The position numbers and the translations under genes were made by a program. From positions 1,760,001 to 1,824,000 of the forward strand of contig OY764159.1 in assembly GCA_963668175.1 (NCBI GenBank): a stretch of 64,000 nt of DNA, given 5' to 3'. Below, one piece after another: positions 1-9,819 of the stretch (within the stretch, counting starts at the first letter, position 1; each line of letters begins with the position of its first letter). The DNA is from Syntrophales bacterium. GTDB lineage: Bacteria > Desulfobacterota > Syntrophia > Syntrophales > PHBD01. Below the pieces are notes generated by a model, which worked only from the letters and a program-made list of their open reading frames with translations, was not told the origin of the DNA and ran no database searches.

Positions 1-1
1 G

Positions 2-604
2 GGGTGGTTCAAGGACGAGATCGTCCCGGTGGAGATCAAGACGAAGAAGGGGATATCCGTCTTCGATACGGACGAGCATCCGCAGGCGAACACGTCGATG
101 GAGGCGTTGGCGAAGCTGAAGCCCGCCTTCAAGAAGGACGGGACGGTGACGGCGGGGAACGCCTCCGGACTGAACGACGCGGGATCGGCCCTGATCATGA
201 TGTCGGCGGAAGCGGCGAAGGCGAAGGGCTTCAAGCCTGTCGCCAGGGTCGTCGCCTCCTCCCCCGGTTCGGTGGAGCCCCGGATCATGGGCATGGGTGT
301 GGTTCCCGCGGTGCGTAACGCCCTGAAGTTCGCGGGGCTTTCGCAGGACCGGATCGATTACTGGGAGCTGAACGAGGCGTTTGCGGCGCAGGTTTTGGGA
401 GTGAACCGCGAGTTGAAGATCGGCCTGGACCGCGTGAATGCCGTGGGCTCGGGGATCGGCCTGGGTCATCCGGTGGGTGCGACGGGCGCGCGTCTCATCA
501 TCACCATGATCAACGAGATGAAGCGCCGGGGCGTGAGATACGGCTGCGCCTCCCTGTGCGCAAGCGGCGGACCCGCCCATGCGTTTATCGTCGAATCTAT
601 CTAA
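2..604 (+). CDS. Thiolase (acetyl-CoA C-acyltransferase), 5'-truncated by window edge
   Basis: Frame is open from base 2 (GWFKDEIVPV...). Motifs TAGNASGLNDAG, NEAF, GHPVGATG and C-terminal LCASGG. Confidence 0.93.
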   Translation, partial: GWFKDEIVPVEIKTKKGISVFDTDEHPQANTSMEALAKLKPAFKKDGTVTAGNASGLNDAGSALIMMSAEAAKAKGFKPVARVVASSPGSVEPRIMGMGVVPAVRNALKFAGLSQDRIDYWELNEAFAAQVLGVNRELKIGLDRVNAVGSGIGLGHPVGATGARLIITMINEMKRRGVRYGCASLCASGGPAHAFIVESI

Positions 605-641
605 CGCAGCGATTGCGAAACCATATAATGGAGAAGAGAAT

Positions 642-1778
642 ATGAATTTTCAAGTATCTGAAGAACACGAAGCCTTAAGGACCATGGCCCATAAATTTTC
701 TGAACAGGAGATATTGCCCGTTATCCTGGAATACGATGAGAAAGGGGAGTTTCCCTGGCCCATCGTCAATAAAATGCACGAAGTCGGCCTGCTGACCGCC
801 GGTGTGCCGGAAGAGTATGGTGGACCCGGTATCGACATGCTGGGCCAGATTATCGTCACGGAAGAGATCGCCTACGGCTGCGGCGGCTGCGCCGCGACCA
901 TGGCGGCAAGCAGCCTGCTGTCGCCTGAGCCGGTCGTCGTCGGCGGCACCCCGGAACAGAAGAAGATGTACTTCGACGTCCTGAACGAAGGCAAGCTGGG
1001 CGCCTTCTGCCTCACCGAACCGGGAGCGGGTTCCGATGTCGCGGGGCTTTCGATGACGGCCAAGCGCGACGGCGACTACTACATACTGAACGGCACGAAA
1101 CAGTTCATTACGAACGGCGGCGTAGCCGACATATACACTGTCTTCGCCACCACGGACAAGAACCTCCGTTTCAAGGGAATCGTCGGCTTCATCGTTGACC
1201 GCAAAACTCCCGGCGTCTCCGTCGGACCGGAAGAAAAGAAGATGGGCATCTGCACCTCCGATACCCGCCAGGTGATCTTTGAGGATGTACGCGTACCCGT
1301 TGCCAACCGGCTCGGCGAGGAGGGCAAGGGGTTCGGCGTCTGCATGCAGGCCCTCGACCTCTCCCGCCCCTCCGTGGCGGCGGAGGCCATCGGCATCGCC
1401 CTCCGGGCCTTCGAGATTGCGGTGAAGTATTCCCAGGAGAGGACGGCCTTCGGGCAACCCATCGCAAGCCTCCAGGCTATCCGTTTTATGCTTGCGGACA
1501 TGGCCATGAGCATCGAAGCGGCGAGACTTCTCACTTATAAGGCCTGCTGCCTCGCCATGGCCAAACAGCCGTTCAATTATATGGCATCTTATGCCAAGTG
1601 CTTCGCCGCCGATATGGCGATGAAGGTCACGACCGACGTTGTCCAGATCCTGGGCGGCTACGGATATCTGAGGGAATATGGCGCGGAAAAATGCATGCGG
1701 GATGCGAAAGTCATGCAGATCTACGAAGGCACGAACCAGATCCAGCGCGTCGTGATCGCCAACCACATCTACAAATAG
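642..1778 (+). CDS. Acyl-CoA dehydrogenase (short-chain/butyryl-CoA type)
   Basis: Motifs FCLTEPGAGSD, NGTKQFITNGG, QILGGYGY, IYEGTNQIQR. Start moved to ATG 642 behind GGAGAAGAG. Confidence 0.95.
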   Translation: MNFQVSEEHEALRTMAHKFSEQEILPVILEYDEKGEFPWPIVNKMHEVGLLTAGVPEEYGGPGIDMLGQIIVTEEIAYGCGGCAATMAASSLLSPEPVVVGGTPEQKKMYFDVLNEGKLGAFCLTEPGAGSDVAGLSMTAKRDGDYYILNGTKQFITNGGVADIYTVFATTDKNLRFKGIVGFIVDRKTPGVSVGPEEKKMGICTSDTRQVIFEDVRVPVANRLGEEGKGFGVCMQALDLSRPSVAAEAIGIALRAFEIAVKYSQERTAFGQPIASLQAIRFMLADMAMSIEAARLLTYKACCLAMAKQPFNYMASYAKCFAADMAMKVTTDVVQILGGYGYLREYGAEKCMRDAKVMQIYEGTNQIQRVVIANHIYK

Positions 1779-1796
1779 AAGCGGCCGGAGGCACAT

Positions 1797-3131
1797 ATGA
1801 ACTTCAAGGAAGAGTATCAGCGAAAGCTGGTAACAGCGGAGGAAGCGGTCAAGGCCGTGAAATCCGGCGATTGGGTGGATTACGGGTCCTTCGCCGGCCA
1901 GACGGTCCTTCTTGACCGGGCCCTGGCCAAACGCCGGGACGAACTGACCGACGTAAAACTCCGCGGCACGCTGCGAATGGTGATGCCGGAAGTTGTCAGG
2001 GAGGACCCGACGACGGAACACTTCTGCTTCAACAGCACCCACTTCAGCGGGCTGGAACGGAAGCTGGGCGACGACAATTTATGCTGGTATCTGCCGGTCC
2101 TGTATCATGAACAACCTCGGTATTACAGGGAAAACATCCCAACGGATGTCCTTCTCCTTACCGTGGCGCCTATGGACGAATGGGGTTATTTCAATTTCGG
2201 ACCCCAGGTCTCGTGCACCATGGCCCTGTGTGAGTCGGCAAAAACGATCATCTGCGAAGTGAATCCGAATGTTCCCCGTTGCGGAGGGGGTTCGCAGGAA
2301 GCCATCCACATTTCGCAGGTCGACTACATCGTCGAGGCAGATTGGCCCCTCAGCGAGTTGCCGAACATCATACCCAGCGATACGGACCGGCAGATTGCCG
2401 GTCTCATTATGGAACACATCGAGGACGGCAGTTGCCTTCAACTCGGCATCGGCGGCATGCCCAACGCCGTCGGCGCCATGATTGCCGAATCGAACCTGAA
2501 GGACCTGGGCATCCATACGGAGATGTTCGTCGACTCCTTTGTCCAAATGGTCGAATCGGGGCGCGTCACAGGAGCGAAGAAAAACGTCGACAAGTACAAG
2601 ATCGTCTGTACCTTCGCCCTGGGCTCGAAGAAAACTTATGATTTCGTTAACAACAATCCACGGATTGCGTTTTATCCGGTGGACTACACCAACGACCCTT
2701 TCATCATAGCTCAGAACGATAAGGTCGTGGCCATCAATAACTGCGTAGAAGTCGATCTTACAGGACAGGTCTGTTCCGAGTCATCGGGCGTAAGGCAAAT
2801 CAGCGGCACGGGCGGACAGTTCGACTTTACCTACGGAGCCTATCGCTCCCGTGGAGGGAAGTCGTTCCTCTGTCTCGCATCGACTTACACCAAGAAAGGA
2901 GGAATGAAATCCCGGATAAAGCCGGTTCTCACGACCGGCGCCACCGTAACCGTGCCAAGAACGGCTGTGCAGTACCTGGTTACTGAGTACGGCGCCGTTA
3001 ACCTCAAAGGGAAAACCACGTGGGAACGGGCCGAGGCTATTATTTCCATCGCGCATCCCGACTTTCGCGAGGAACTTATTCAGGGTGCCCGGGAAATGGG
3101 GATATGGCGAAAGAGCAATAAAATAATTTGA
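1797..3131 (+). CDS. Acetyl-CoA hydrolase/transferase family CoA-transferase (butyryl-/4-hydroxybutyryl-CoA type)
   Basis: Motifs [44 protein letters not shown]. Confidence 0.92.
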   Translation: MNFKEEYQRKLVTAEEAVKAVKSGDWVDYGSFAGQTVLLDRALAKRRDELTDVKLRGTLRMVMPEVVREDPTTEHFCFNSTHFSGLERKLGDDNLCWYLPVLYHEQPRYYRENIPTDVLLLTVAPMDEWGYFNFGPQVSCTMALCESAKTIICEVNPNVPRCGGGSQEAIHISQVDYIVEADWPLSELPNIIPSDTDRQIAGLIMEHIEDGSCLQLGIGGMPNAVGAMIAESNLKDLGIHTEMFVDSFVQMVESGRVTGAKKNVDKYKIVCTFALGSKKTYDFVNNNPRIAFYPVDYTNDPFIIAQNDKVVAINNCVEVDLTGQVCSESSGVRQISGTGGQFDFTYGAYRSRGGKSFLCLASTYTKKGGMKSRIKPVLTTGATVTVPRTAVQYLVTEYGAVNLKGKTTWERAEAIISIAHPDFREELIQGAREMGIWRKSNKII

Positions 3132-3153
3132 TTTTAAAAGTGAGGGAAAGGGG

Positions 3154-4455
3154 ATGACTGGTATGGATAGCAGTGTCAAGAAAATCGAAAAACCGGCCTC
3201 AAACTACCGTTTCATGGCCGTCTTCCTGGCCTCAATGGCCATCATCATCAACTACGTCGACCGGGTGAACTTCGGCGTGGCGACACCGGCCATGATGAAA
3301 GAATTCGGCCTGACGGCTTCCCAGATGGGCGTGCTGATGTCGGCGTTCTTCTGGCCGTACGCCCTGATGTTTATCCCGGCGGGCGCACTCCTAAACAAAT
3401 ACGGATCAAAAAAGGTCATGGGCTTTGCCCTGTTGCTCTGGGGCGGAGCCACCATGCTCACGGGCGCTGTCAAGGGATTCACCCATATGATCTTCGTTCG
3501 TATCCTGCTGGGTGTCGCCGAAGCGCCCGGTTTCCCGGCGGCGACACGCGTCGTTTCCGTCTGGATACCCTTGCGGGAGCGGACATTCGCCTCCGCGTGC
3601 TTCGATACATGCGCGCGTGTAGGCAATGCCTTCACGCCTCCCTTCGTGGCCTGGATCATCGCCACGTGGGGCTGGCGCATGTCCTTCGTCGTTACGGGCG
3701 GTCTGGCGCTTCTCTTCTGCGCCTGGTGGTTTGCCTCCTATAAGGAGCCGGACGACCACCCGAAAGTCTCCGAATCGGAGCTTGCCTATATCCGCCAGGA
3801 CGAAGTCGTCCAGGACGGCAAGGTCGTTTCCGTGCCCGTCCCCATGGTGAAGCTGGTCACCTATCCCACCATCGTGAAGGCCGCCATCGGTTACGCCGCC
3901 TATCTTTATGTGTGGAATGTCTTCACCTACTGGCTTCCCGCCTACCTGATGCTCGCCAAGGGTTTCAGCCTCAAGAGCATGGGATTCGCGTCGATGATTC
4001 CCTATATCTTCGCCGTCATCTTTGAGTTGATCGGCGGCGTCGTCTTCGACCGGTGGTACCGGCGGGGCGCCTCCCACACGGTCCTGCGCAGGACCGGCAT
4101 GGGTATCAGCATGATCGGTGCAGCCGTTTTCATCTTCCTGACCACGCAGGCGGAAACGCCTTTCATGATGGTCTTCTGGCTTACCTGCTACTGCACCATC
4201 TCGGGCTTCGGGGCCAGCAATGTCCAGGCAATTCCGTCGGACCTGGCGCCTTACGGACAGGCGGGAGGCGTGGCCGGTTTCATCGGCTTCGTCGGCAACA
4301 TCGGCGCGCTTGTGGCACCGATGATCACCGGCTTCATGGTCGATTCGCATTACGGTTACACGGGCGCCTTCATCCTGGCGGCGATTGTCTGCCTGGTCAG
4401 TGCCACGTTCTATATCTTCAACTCGTATGACCGTGTGCAGCCGAAAACAGCCTAG
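3154..4455 (+). CDS. MFS transporter (anion:cation symporter-like)
   Basis: Motifs NYVDRVNFG and GVAEAPGFP; about 12 hydrophobic segments. Confidence 0.92.
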   Translation: MTGMDSSVKKIEKPASNYRFMAVFLASMAIIINYVDRVNFGVATPAMMKEFGLTASQMGVLMSAFFWPYALMFIPAGALLNKYGSKKVMGFALLLWGGATMLTGAVKGFTHMIFVRILLGVAEAPGFPAATRVVSVWIPLRERTFASACFDTCARVGNAFTPPFVAWIIATWGWRMSFVVTGGLALLFCAWWFASYKEPDDHPKVSESELAYIRQDEVVQDGKVVSVPVPMVKLVTYPTIVKAAIGYAAYLYVWNVFTYWLPAYLMLAKGFSLKSMGFASMIPYIFAVIFELIGGVVFDRWYRRGASHTVLRRTGMGISMIGAAVFIFLTTQAETPFMMVFWLTCYCTISGFGASNVQAIPSDLAPYGQAGGVAGFIGFVGNIGALVAPMITGFMVDSHYGYTGAFILAAIVCLVSATFYIFNSYDRVQPKTA

Positions 4456-4478
4456 AATAGGAGTTAAGAACCTACGGA

Positions 4479-4537
4479 ACGGACGGCAGATACAGCCAGG
4501 ACCTTTTAGAACGGGGTGCTTGATATCTGCCGTCCGT
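4479..4537. repeat. Intergenic 14-bp inverted repeat (stem-loop)
   Basis: ACGGACGGCAGATA at 4479-4492 and TATCTGCCGTCCGT at 4524-4537. Confidence 0.7.
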
Positions 4538-4577
4538 CCTACCGTCCGACAAGGAACAGACATCAGAGGATTTGACC

Positions 4578-5105
4578 ATGGATATGACAGATTCTTACAT
4601 CATCGCCGCCATCATTACGGTATCCGTTTTTCTGGTCTGGTTTTACATCCGCGGGGCCCGGAAGTGGAATGCCTTGGCGCAGGCGGAACAGGAAATCGTC
4701 TCGTCGGATCGCGACGCCGTCATCGTTAAGGGAATTGCCTACCACGGGGGCTTCCCGGCCATCCCGAAGCCGACGCGGCTGACCTTGGGACTCTGTCGCG
4801 AAGGTGTTACCCTCTCTTCCATCGATGGGCGTCAAGGAAACATACCCTTCGCAGACTTCCATAAGATCGATAAATTCAGCACCTTGCGGAAGCAGGGCAA
4901 AAGGCAGAGCATGTTTTTCTGGGCACCCGTTGCTCTTCTGTTCGTCCGGGAAAAAACGAGGCACTTCGTCACGATCAAATACACGGATGTCGATCGGGAC
5001 ATTAACCACGTAGTCCTGGAAACAAAGGACGAGACAGAACTCGACCGGCTATACCGATTCCTCGACCAGGGCTGGCATGGATTCAAGGCGTACCGTCCGG
5101 TGTAA
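4578..5105 (+). CDS. Hypothetical membrane-anchored protein
   Basis: GAGGA RBS before ATG 4578; N-terminal hydrophobic helix; fits between two co-oriented genes. Confidence 0.7.
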   Translation: MDMTDSYIIAAIITVSVFLVWFYIRGARKWNALAQAEQEIVSSDRDAVIVKGIAYHGGFPAIPKPTRLTLGLCREGVTLSSIDGRQGNIPFADFHKIDKFSTLRKQGKRQSMFFWAPVALLFVREKTRHFVTIKYTDVDRDINHVVLETKDETELDRLYRFLDQGWHGFKAYRPV

Positions 5106-5144
5106 ACATGGCGACAAAAGATTTCAAAAGAAAGGAGCAAACAT

Positions 5145-5594
5145 ATGTTTTCGACCGACCGGATTCTGGTTCCTACTGATTTCTCCAGTCACTCGAACAT
5201 GGCATTAAAGAAGGCGGTTGATATCGCCTCCCAGTTCAACGCAAAGATATATCTCCTCCATGTCATAGACGATCATCTGTTCGAGTTCGGCTCCGATGTA
5301 GGTCTCGGTATGGAAGAGAACAGGGCAACAATCATCGGGGATACGATGACATATGCCAGAAACCTCATGAAGGAGAAAGTGGCGTCCATGAAGGATGCTA
5401 AAGGTATCATCGTGGACATCGATGTTGTAACCGGAAATCCTGCCGAGACAATCCTTACCGAAGAAAAGGAACGTAAAATCGATCTTATTGTCATCGGCGC
5501 CCATGGCCGTACCGGCATCTTGCATCAGCTTCTCGGGGGCGTCGCCGACAAGGTCGTACGTCGCGCAACGAACCCGGTTTTCGTCGTCAAATAA
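5145..5594 (+). CDS. Universal stress protein (UspA family)
   Basis: Motifs RILVPTDFS, DLIVIGAHGRTG, LGGVADKVVR; AAGGAG RBS. Confidence 0.93.
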   Translation: MFSTDRILVPTDFSSHSNMALKKAVDIASQFNAKIYLLHVIDDHLFEFGSDVGLGMEENRATIIGDTMTYARNLMKEKVASMKDAKGIIVDIDVVTGNPAETILTEEKERKIDLIVIGAHGRTGILHQLLGGVADKVVRRATNPVFVVK

Positions 5595-5675
5595 TACGGT
5601 CTGCGATTGCAATTCGCCACCGTTACCATATGCACCTCGGGGGAAGACACTTACATCAACAAAGGAGAATTTGAT

Positions 5676-7127
5676 ATGGCACTCAAGACGCCTGAAGAGT
5701 ACGAAGCAAGTCTGCGAAAAATGAACATGAAGATCTACCTGATGGGCGAGCGGGTGAAGGACCCGGTGGACCATCCCATCATCCGGCCTTCGATGAACTC
5801 CGTGAAGAAGACCTACGAGCTGGCCCTGGACCCGTCCTGCGAGGACCTGATGACGGCGACGTCGTCGCTGACGGGGAAGAAGATCAACCGCTTCTGCCAT
5901 CTGCACCAGAACACGGACGACCTGATCAGGAAGGTGAAGATGCAGCGTCTGCTGGGCCAGCAGACGGCGGCGTGCTTCCAGCGGTGCGTCGGCATGGACG
6001 CGATCAACGCCGTGGACTCGACGACCTTCGAAATGGACCAGAAGCTGGGGACGGAATACCACAAGCGCTTCCGGAACTTTCTCCTCAGGATGCAGGAGGA
6101 GGATTGGACGGTGGACGGCGCCATGACGGACGTGAAGGGCGACCGCGGTCTGGCTCCGCACCAGCAGGCGGACCCGGACCTCTTTGTCCGGGTGGTGGAG
6201 AAGAATGACAGGGGGATCGTGGTGCGCGGGGCGAAGGCGCACCAGACGGGTGCGGTGAACTCGCACTGGGTTCTCGTGATGCCGACGATCGCCATGGGGA
6301 AGGACGATGCGGACTATGCGGTGGCGTTTGTCGCCCCGGCGGACGCGGAGGGCATCTTCTACATCTACGGGCGGCAGTCCTGCGATACGCGGAAGCTGGA
6401 AGGCGGGACGATCGACGTGGGCAACGCGACCTACGGGGGTCACGAGGCGCTGATCGTCTTCGAGGACGTGTTCGTTCCGTGGGAGAACGTGCTCATGTGC
6501 GGGGAGTGGCAGTACAGCGGGCTGCTGGTGGAGCGATTCGCCGGTTATCACCGTCAGAGCTACGGGGGCTGCAAGGTCGGCGTGGGCGACGTTTTGATCG
6601 GGGCGGCGGCGGTTGCTGCGGACTATAACGGCGCGGCGAAGGCGTCGCATGTGAAGGACAAGCTGATCGAGATGATGCACCTGAACGAGACGCTGTATTC
6701 GTGCGGGATCGCCTGTTCGTCGCAGGGGAGCAAGACGGCGTCGGGGACGTACCTGATCGACCTTCTGCTTGCGAACGTGTGCAAACAGAACGTGACGCGC
6801 TACCCGTACGAGATTGCGCGGCTGGCCCAGGACATTGCGGGTGGCCTCATGGTGACGATGGCGTCCGAGCGCGATCTGAAGCACCCGGAGATCGGGAAGG
6901 TGCTGGAGAAGTACATGAAGGGCAACGCAAGCGTGCCGGTGGAGAACCGCTGCCGGATGATGCGCCTGGTGGAGAACCTGACGCTGGGAACGGCGGCGGT
7001 GGGCTATCTGACGGAATCGATGCACGGGGCGGGTTCGCCTCAGGCGCAGCGCATCATGATCGCCCGCCAGGGCAACCTGGAACACAAGAAGAAGCTCGCC
7101 GAGAAGATCGCCGGGGTCAAGGAATAG
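5676..7127 (+). CDS. abfD: 4-hydroxybutyryl-CoA dehydratase / vinylacetyl-CoA isomerase
   Basis: Fe-S ligand motifs ACFQRCVGMD and HRQSYGGCK, plus ESMHGAGSPQAQ. AAGGAG RBS before ATG 5676. Confidence 0.92.
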   Translation: MALKTPEEYEASLRKMNMKIYLMGERVKDPVDHPIIRPSMNSVKKTYELALDPSCEDLMTATSSLTGKKINRFCHLHQNTDDLIRKVKMQRLLGQQTAACFQRCVGMDAINAVDSTTFEMDQKLGTEYHKRFRNFLLRMQEEDWTVDGAMTDVKGDRGLAPHQQADPDLFVRVVEKNDRGIVVRGAKAHQTGAVNSHWVLVMPTIAMGKDDADYAVAFVAPADAEGIFYIYGRQSCDTRKLEGGTIDVGNATYGGHEALIVFEDVFVPWENVLMCGEWQYSGLLVERFAGYHRQSYGGCKVGVGDVLIGAAAVAADYNGAAKASHVKDKLIEMMHLNETLYSCGIACSSQGSKTASGTYLIDLLLANVCKQNVTRYPYEIARLAQDIAGGLMVTMASERDLKHPEIGKVLEKYMKGNASVPVENRCRMMRLVENLTLGTAAVGYLTESMHGAGSPQAQRIMIARQGNLEHKKKLAEKIAGVKE

Positions 7128-7340
7128 AAGCGGCATGACGGTCCGGTTTTCAATCAAAACCGTCAGAAATTTTCATTGCCGGCTGCATTGATGCGGAGAA
7201 TGATAGAGAGGAATGATCCATAACATAGGAAATATTCTTTTTGATCAGATATCCCCTGCCGGGATTCTTTCATGATCGCCTTATTGCTCGCGCAGAAGAG
7301 TGGGTTCTGCATGACATTAAAGATTAACGAAGCGCCGACA

Positions 7341-7481
7341 TGTGGTTATTTTATGTCGTTATATCCGCCGTGATATCAGGATATTAAAATAGCGCACATT
7401 ACTCTTAATCAGTAGGTTGTCGGTTCGATCCCGGCAGGGCTCACCAAATATCGAGGGGTTGCGAAATTCGCAACCCCTTTT
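7341..7481 (+). repeat. att-like site 1: 60-bp arm, 3' half of tRNA-Lys(CTT) (7401-7446), hairpin
   Basis: ACTCTTAATCAGTAGGTTGTCGGTTCGATCCCGGCAGGGCTCACCA contains anticodon loop CT-CTT-AA, T-arm GGTTCGATCCC and ACCA end. No D-arm or 5' acceptor strand upstream. Hairpin AGGGGTTGCGAAATTCGCAACCCCT plus T-run follows. Confidence 0.9.
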
Positions 7482-7831
7482 GATTGATTGCTGACCCATT
7501 GATTTGATATCCTCATGGGTGAAGGAGTCTGCCGTCGGACGACTCCGTTCTCCAAAGATAATGAATTGTTATCACCTGCAAGTCTCTGCAATCAGTATTT
7601 GCTGCTGACTGTTTAAAACCTTGATCTCGATCCAACCCTTTATATCGTTCCCATCTTCATTTAGACCGGTTATTATAAAATAGGAGAAGAGAGTCTGCAC
7701 GCCGGAAGGCAGATTGATTCTGATTGTTTGATATTTGTGATCGTCTATGCTATCGGAGTGACATCGACATAGCTGTAATCATTCATAAACGCTTGTCCTA
7801 ATGATCTAAAACATAAGGTGGCTCACCGGCT

Positions 7832-9421
7832 ATGAAAAAAACTTTTCCCAATATCCATCCCATCATACGCATTCTGGCGGAGGAATCCATTAACGGTCTT
7901 TTCCTGGTCAAAGAGGGGAAATTCATTTATGTCAACACGAATATAGCCCGCTACACCCAGTATACGATAAAGGAACTCATCGGGGCGAAATCCGACAGCC
8001 TGATCCATCCCGATGACAAGGACCGGGTCAAGCAGAAGGCGCGGGAAATGCTCAAGGGAGAACATAAGGTTCCCTATGCCTACCGGATCATAACGAAAAA
8101 AGGGCAGGTTCGCTGGGTCATGGAAACGGTGTCGCCCTTTCCCATCGACGGGAATCGGTTGTTGCTGGGAAATACCATGGATGTGACGGATCGCATGGAG
8201 GCGGAAGAGCGGCTCCGGACATCCGAGAATCTTTACAGGACCATCTTTGAGACGACCGGCACGGCGATGCTCATCATGGGCGAAGATACCACCGTATTGA
8301 GGGTGAATACGGAATTCGAGAAACTCTCCGGTGCGGATAAGGATTACTGGGAAGGCAAGCGGAGCTGGCGCGAGTTCGTGCACAGGAAGGATTTCCGGAG
8401 AATGTTCCGGTATCACAATGACCGTCGCAACGATCCGGACTCGGCGCCACGGATATACGAATTCCATTTTCTGGATCGCCAGGGGAATTCCCGGCAAGTC
8501 ATCATGCTCGCCTCGATGATTCCCGGAACCAGACAAAGCGTCGCGGCCCTGGTGGACATCACGGATCGCATAGAGGCAGAGCGGAAGATTCAGGCATCGG
8601 AAAATCTCTATAGGGCCATTTTCGAAACAACGGGTACGGCCATGACGATTGTGGAAGAAGATATGACTGTATCGCTTGTGAATACGGAGTTTGAAAAGCT
8701 CAGCGGCGCCGGGAGAGACTTCTGGGAGGGGAAGCACAGTTGGAAGGAGTATGTCCATGAGGGCGATCTCTATAAGATGCTCCGCTATCATCAGAACCGG
8801 CGCATTGATCCCACATCGGCGCCCCGTAACTATGAATTCCGCATCGTGGATCGGCAGGGGAATATCCATGACGTTCTCAATACGATATCGGTGATTCCGG
8901 GTACCAAGCGCAGCGTATCTTCTTACATCGACATTACGGAACGGAAGAGATCCGAGGAATCTCTAATCAGGCGCGAGGCGGAACTCAGAGAAAAAACACG
9001 CGATCTGGAGGAGCTGAATGCCGCGCTTGGGGTTCTTCTCAAGCGGAGAGAGGAAGACCGGTCCGAACTCGAGAACAACGTGATCTCGGGTTTAAATAAG
9101 CTGGTAATGCCCTGCGTCGAAAAGCTCAAGAGAAGCGCCTTGAAGAAAAGCGATATGGCTTGCCTGAATATCATGGAATCGCACCTGAAAGATATGACCT
9201 CATCCTTCGTCCGGAAGCTGTCCTCGGAACATCTGAAATTGACCCCCCGTGAACTGCAAATGGCGGGGCTGATCAAGGAAGGGAAGACGACCAAAGAGAT
9301 CGCGGAATTCATGAATCTTTCGCTTGCTACAGTGGAGACCCACCGGCAGCATATTCGCGATAAACTTGACCTGAAAAGCAAGAAGGTGAACCTGAGAACT
9401 TTCCTTTCATCCCTGTCTTGA
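7832..9421 (+). CDS. Multi-PAS LuxR-family transcriptional regulator
   Basis: Three PAS/PAC repeats and C-terminal LTPRELQMA...GKTTKEIA...TVETHRQHIRDKL HTH. Confidence 0.92.
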   Translation: MKKTFPNIHPIIRILAEESINGLFLVKEGKFIYVNTNIARYTQYTIKELIGAKSDSLIHPDDKDRVKQKAREMLKGEHKVPYAYRIITKKGQVRWVMETVSPFPIDGNRLLLGNTMDVTDRMEAEERLRTSENLYRTIFETTGTAMLIMGEDTTVLRVNTEFEKLSGADKDYWEGKRSWREFVHRKDFRRMFRYHNDRRNDPDSAPRIYEFHFLDRQGNSRQVIMLASMIPGTRQSVAALVDITDRIEAERKIQASENLYRAIFETTGTAMTIVEEDMTVSLVNTEFEKLSGAGRDFWEGKHSWKEYVHEGDLYKMLRYHQNRRIDPTSAPRNYEFRIVDRQGNIHDVLNTISVIPGTKRSVSSYIDITERKRSEESLIRREAELREKTRDLEELNAALGVLLKRREEDRSELENNVISGLNKLVMPCVEKLKRSALKKSDMACLNIMESHLKDMTSSFVRKLSSEHLKLTPRELQMAGLIKEGKTTKEIAEFMNLSLATVETHRQHIRDKLDLKSKKVNLRTFLSSLS

Positions 9422-9819
9422 TCCACGCGACCGTCCGAAAAGGGTTGCTGCTATCCCCTTGATAAAAGTTACCGGTCTTATCCTTGCCCGGCCTGCGTGA
9501 ACATCTCAAGATAGATAGCAATATCGTCAATATATTCAATAGATGTACATTGTGCCGCCCTCCGTATGCTTCGCATCGAAGCGAATCCGGCCATTGGAAA
9601 ACCATGAGAAAATATACAGGGTCCATCATGGATTATCCAACGTTGCCATCCTCTGCAAACCTGTTATGCTCCACGCCGAAAAAGGTGGTTACTTCATTTC
9701 CGTCCAGTTCATTTACGAGATAACAATTTAATATAGCGACATCATGCCTGCACGGTGTTCAGCGACATCCCGGCAACGGGGATTGGTTTGCGAAACCGAG
9801 ACTTAAGGAGGATTGCATC

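Larger units (their letters stand above)
1..7400. mobile_element. Putative att-delimited cassette 0 (left end outside window)
   Basis: Ends at att-like site 1; carries a catabolic gene set with no integrase in the visible part. Confidence 0.5.

Noticed and set aside
5205..7157. 650-aa minus-strand ORF and similar long antisense ORFs (675-2042, 22552-24090, 26168-27640, 39257-40759, 45113-46489)
   Set aside because: They shadow well-supported genes on the opposite strand, lack motifs and are expected from high GC3.
7370..7446. Intact tRNA-Lys gene
   Set aside because: Only the anticodon loop to CCA is present. There is no D-arm or 5' acceptor strand, and the 5' anticodon stem (CATTA) does not pair with TCAGT. 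The same holds for the copies at 17576 and 32732.
9777..9792. sigma54 promoter before the CoA-transferase operon
   Set aside because: GG-N10-GC spacing is present but the -24 context is poor, and the adjacent regulator is LuxR-type.
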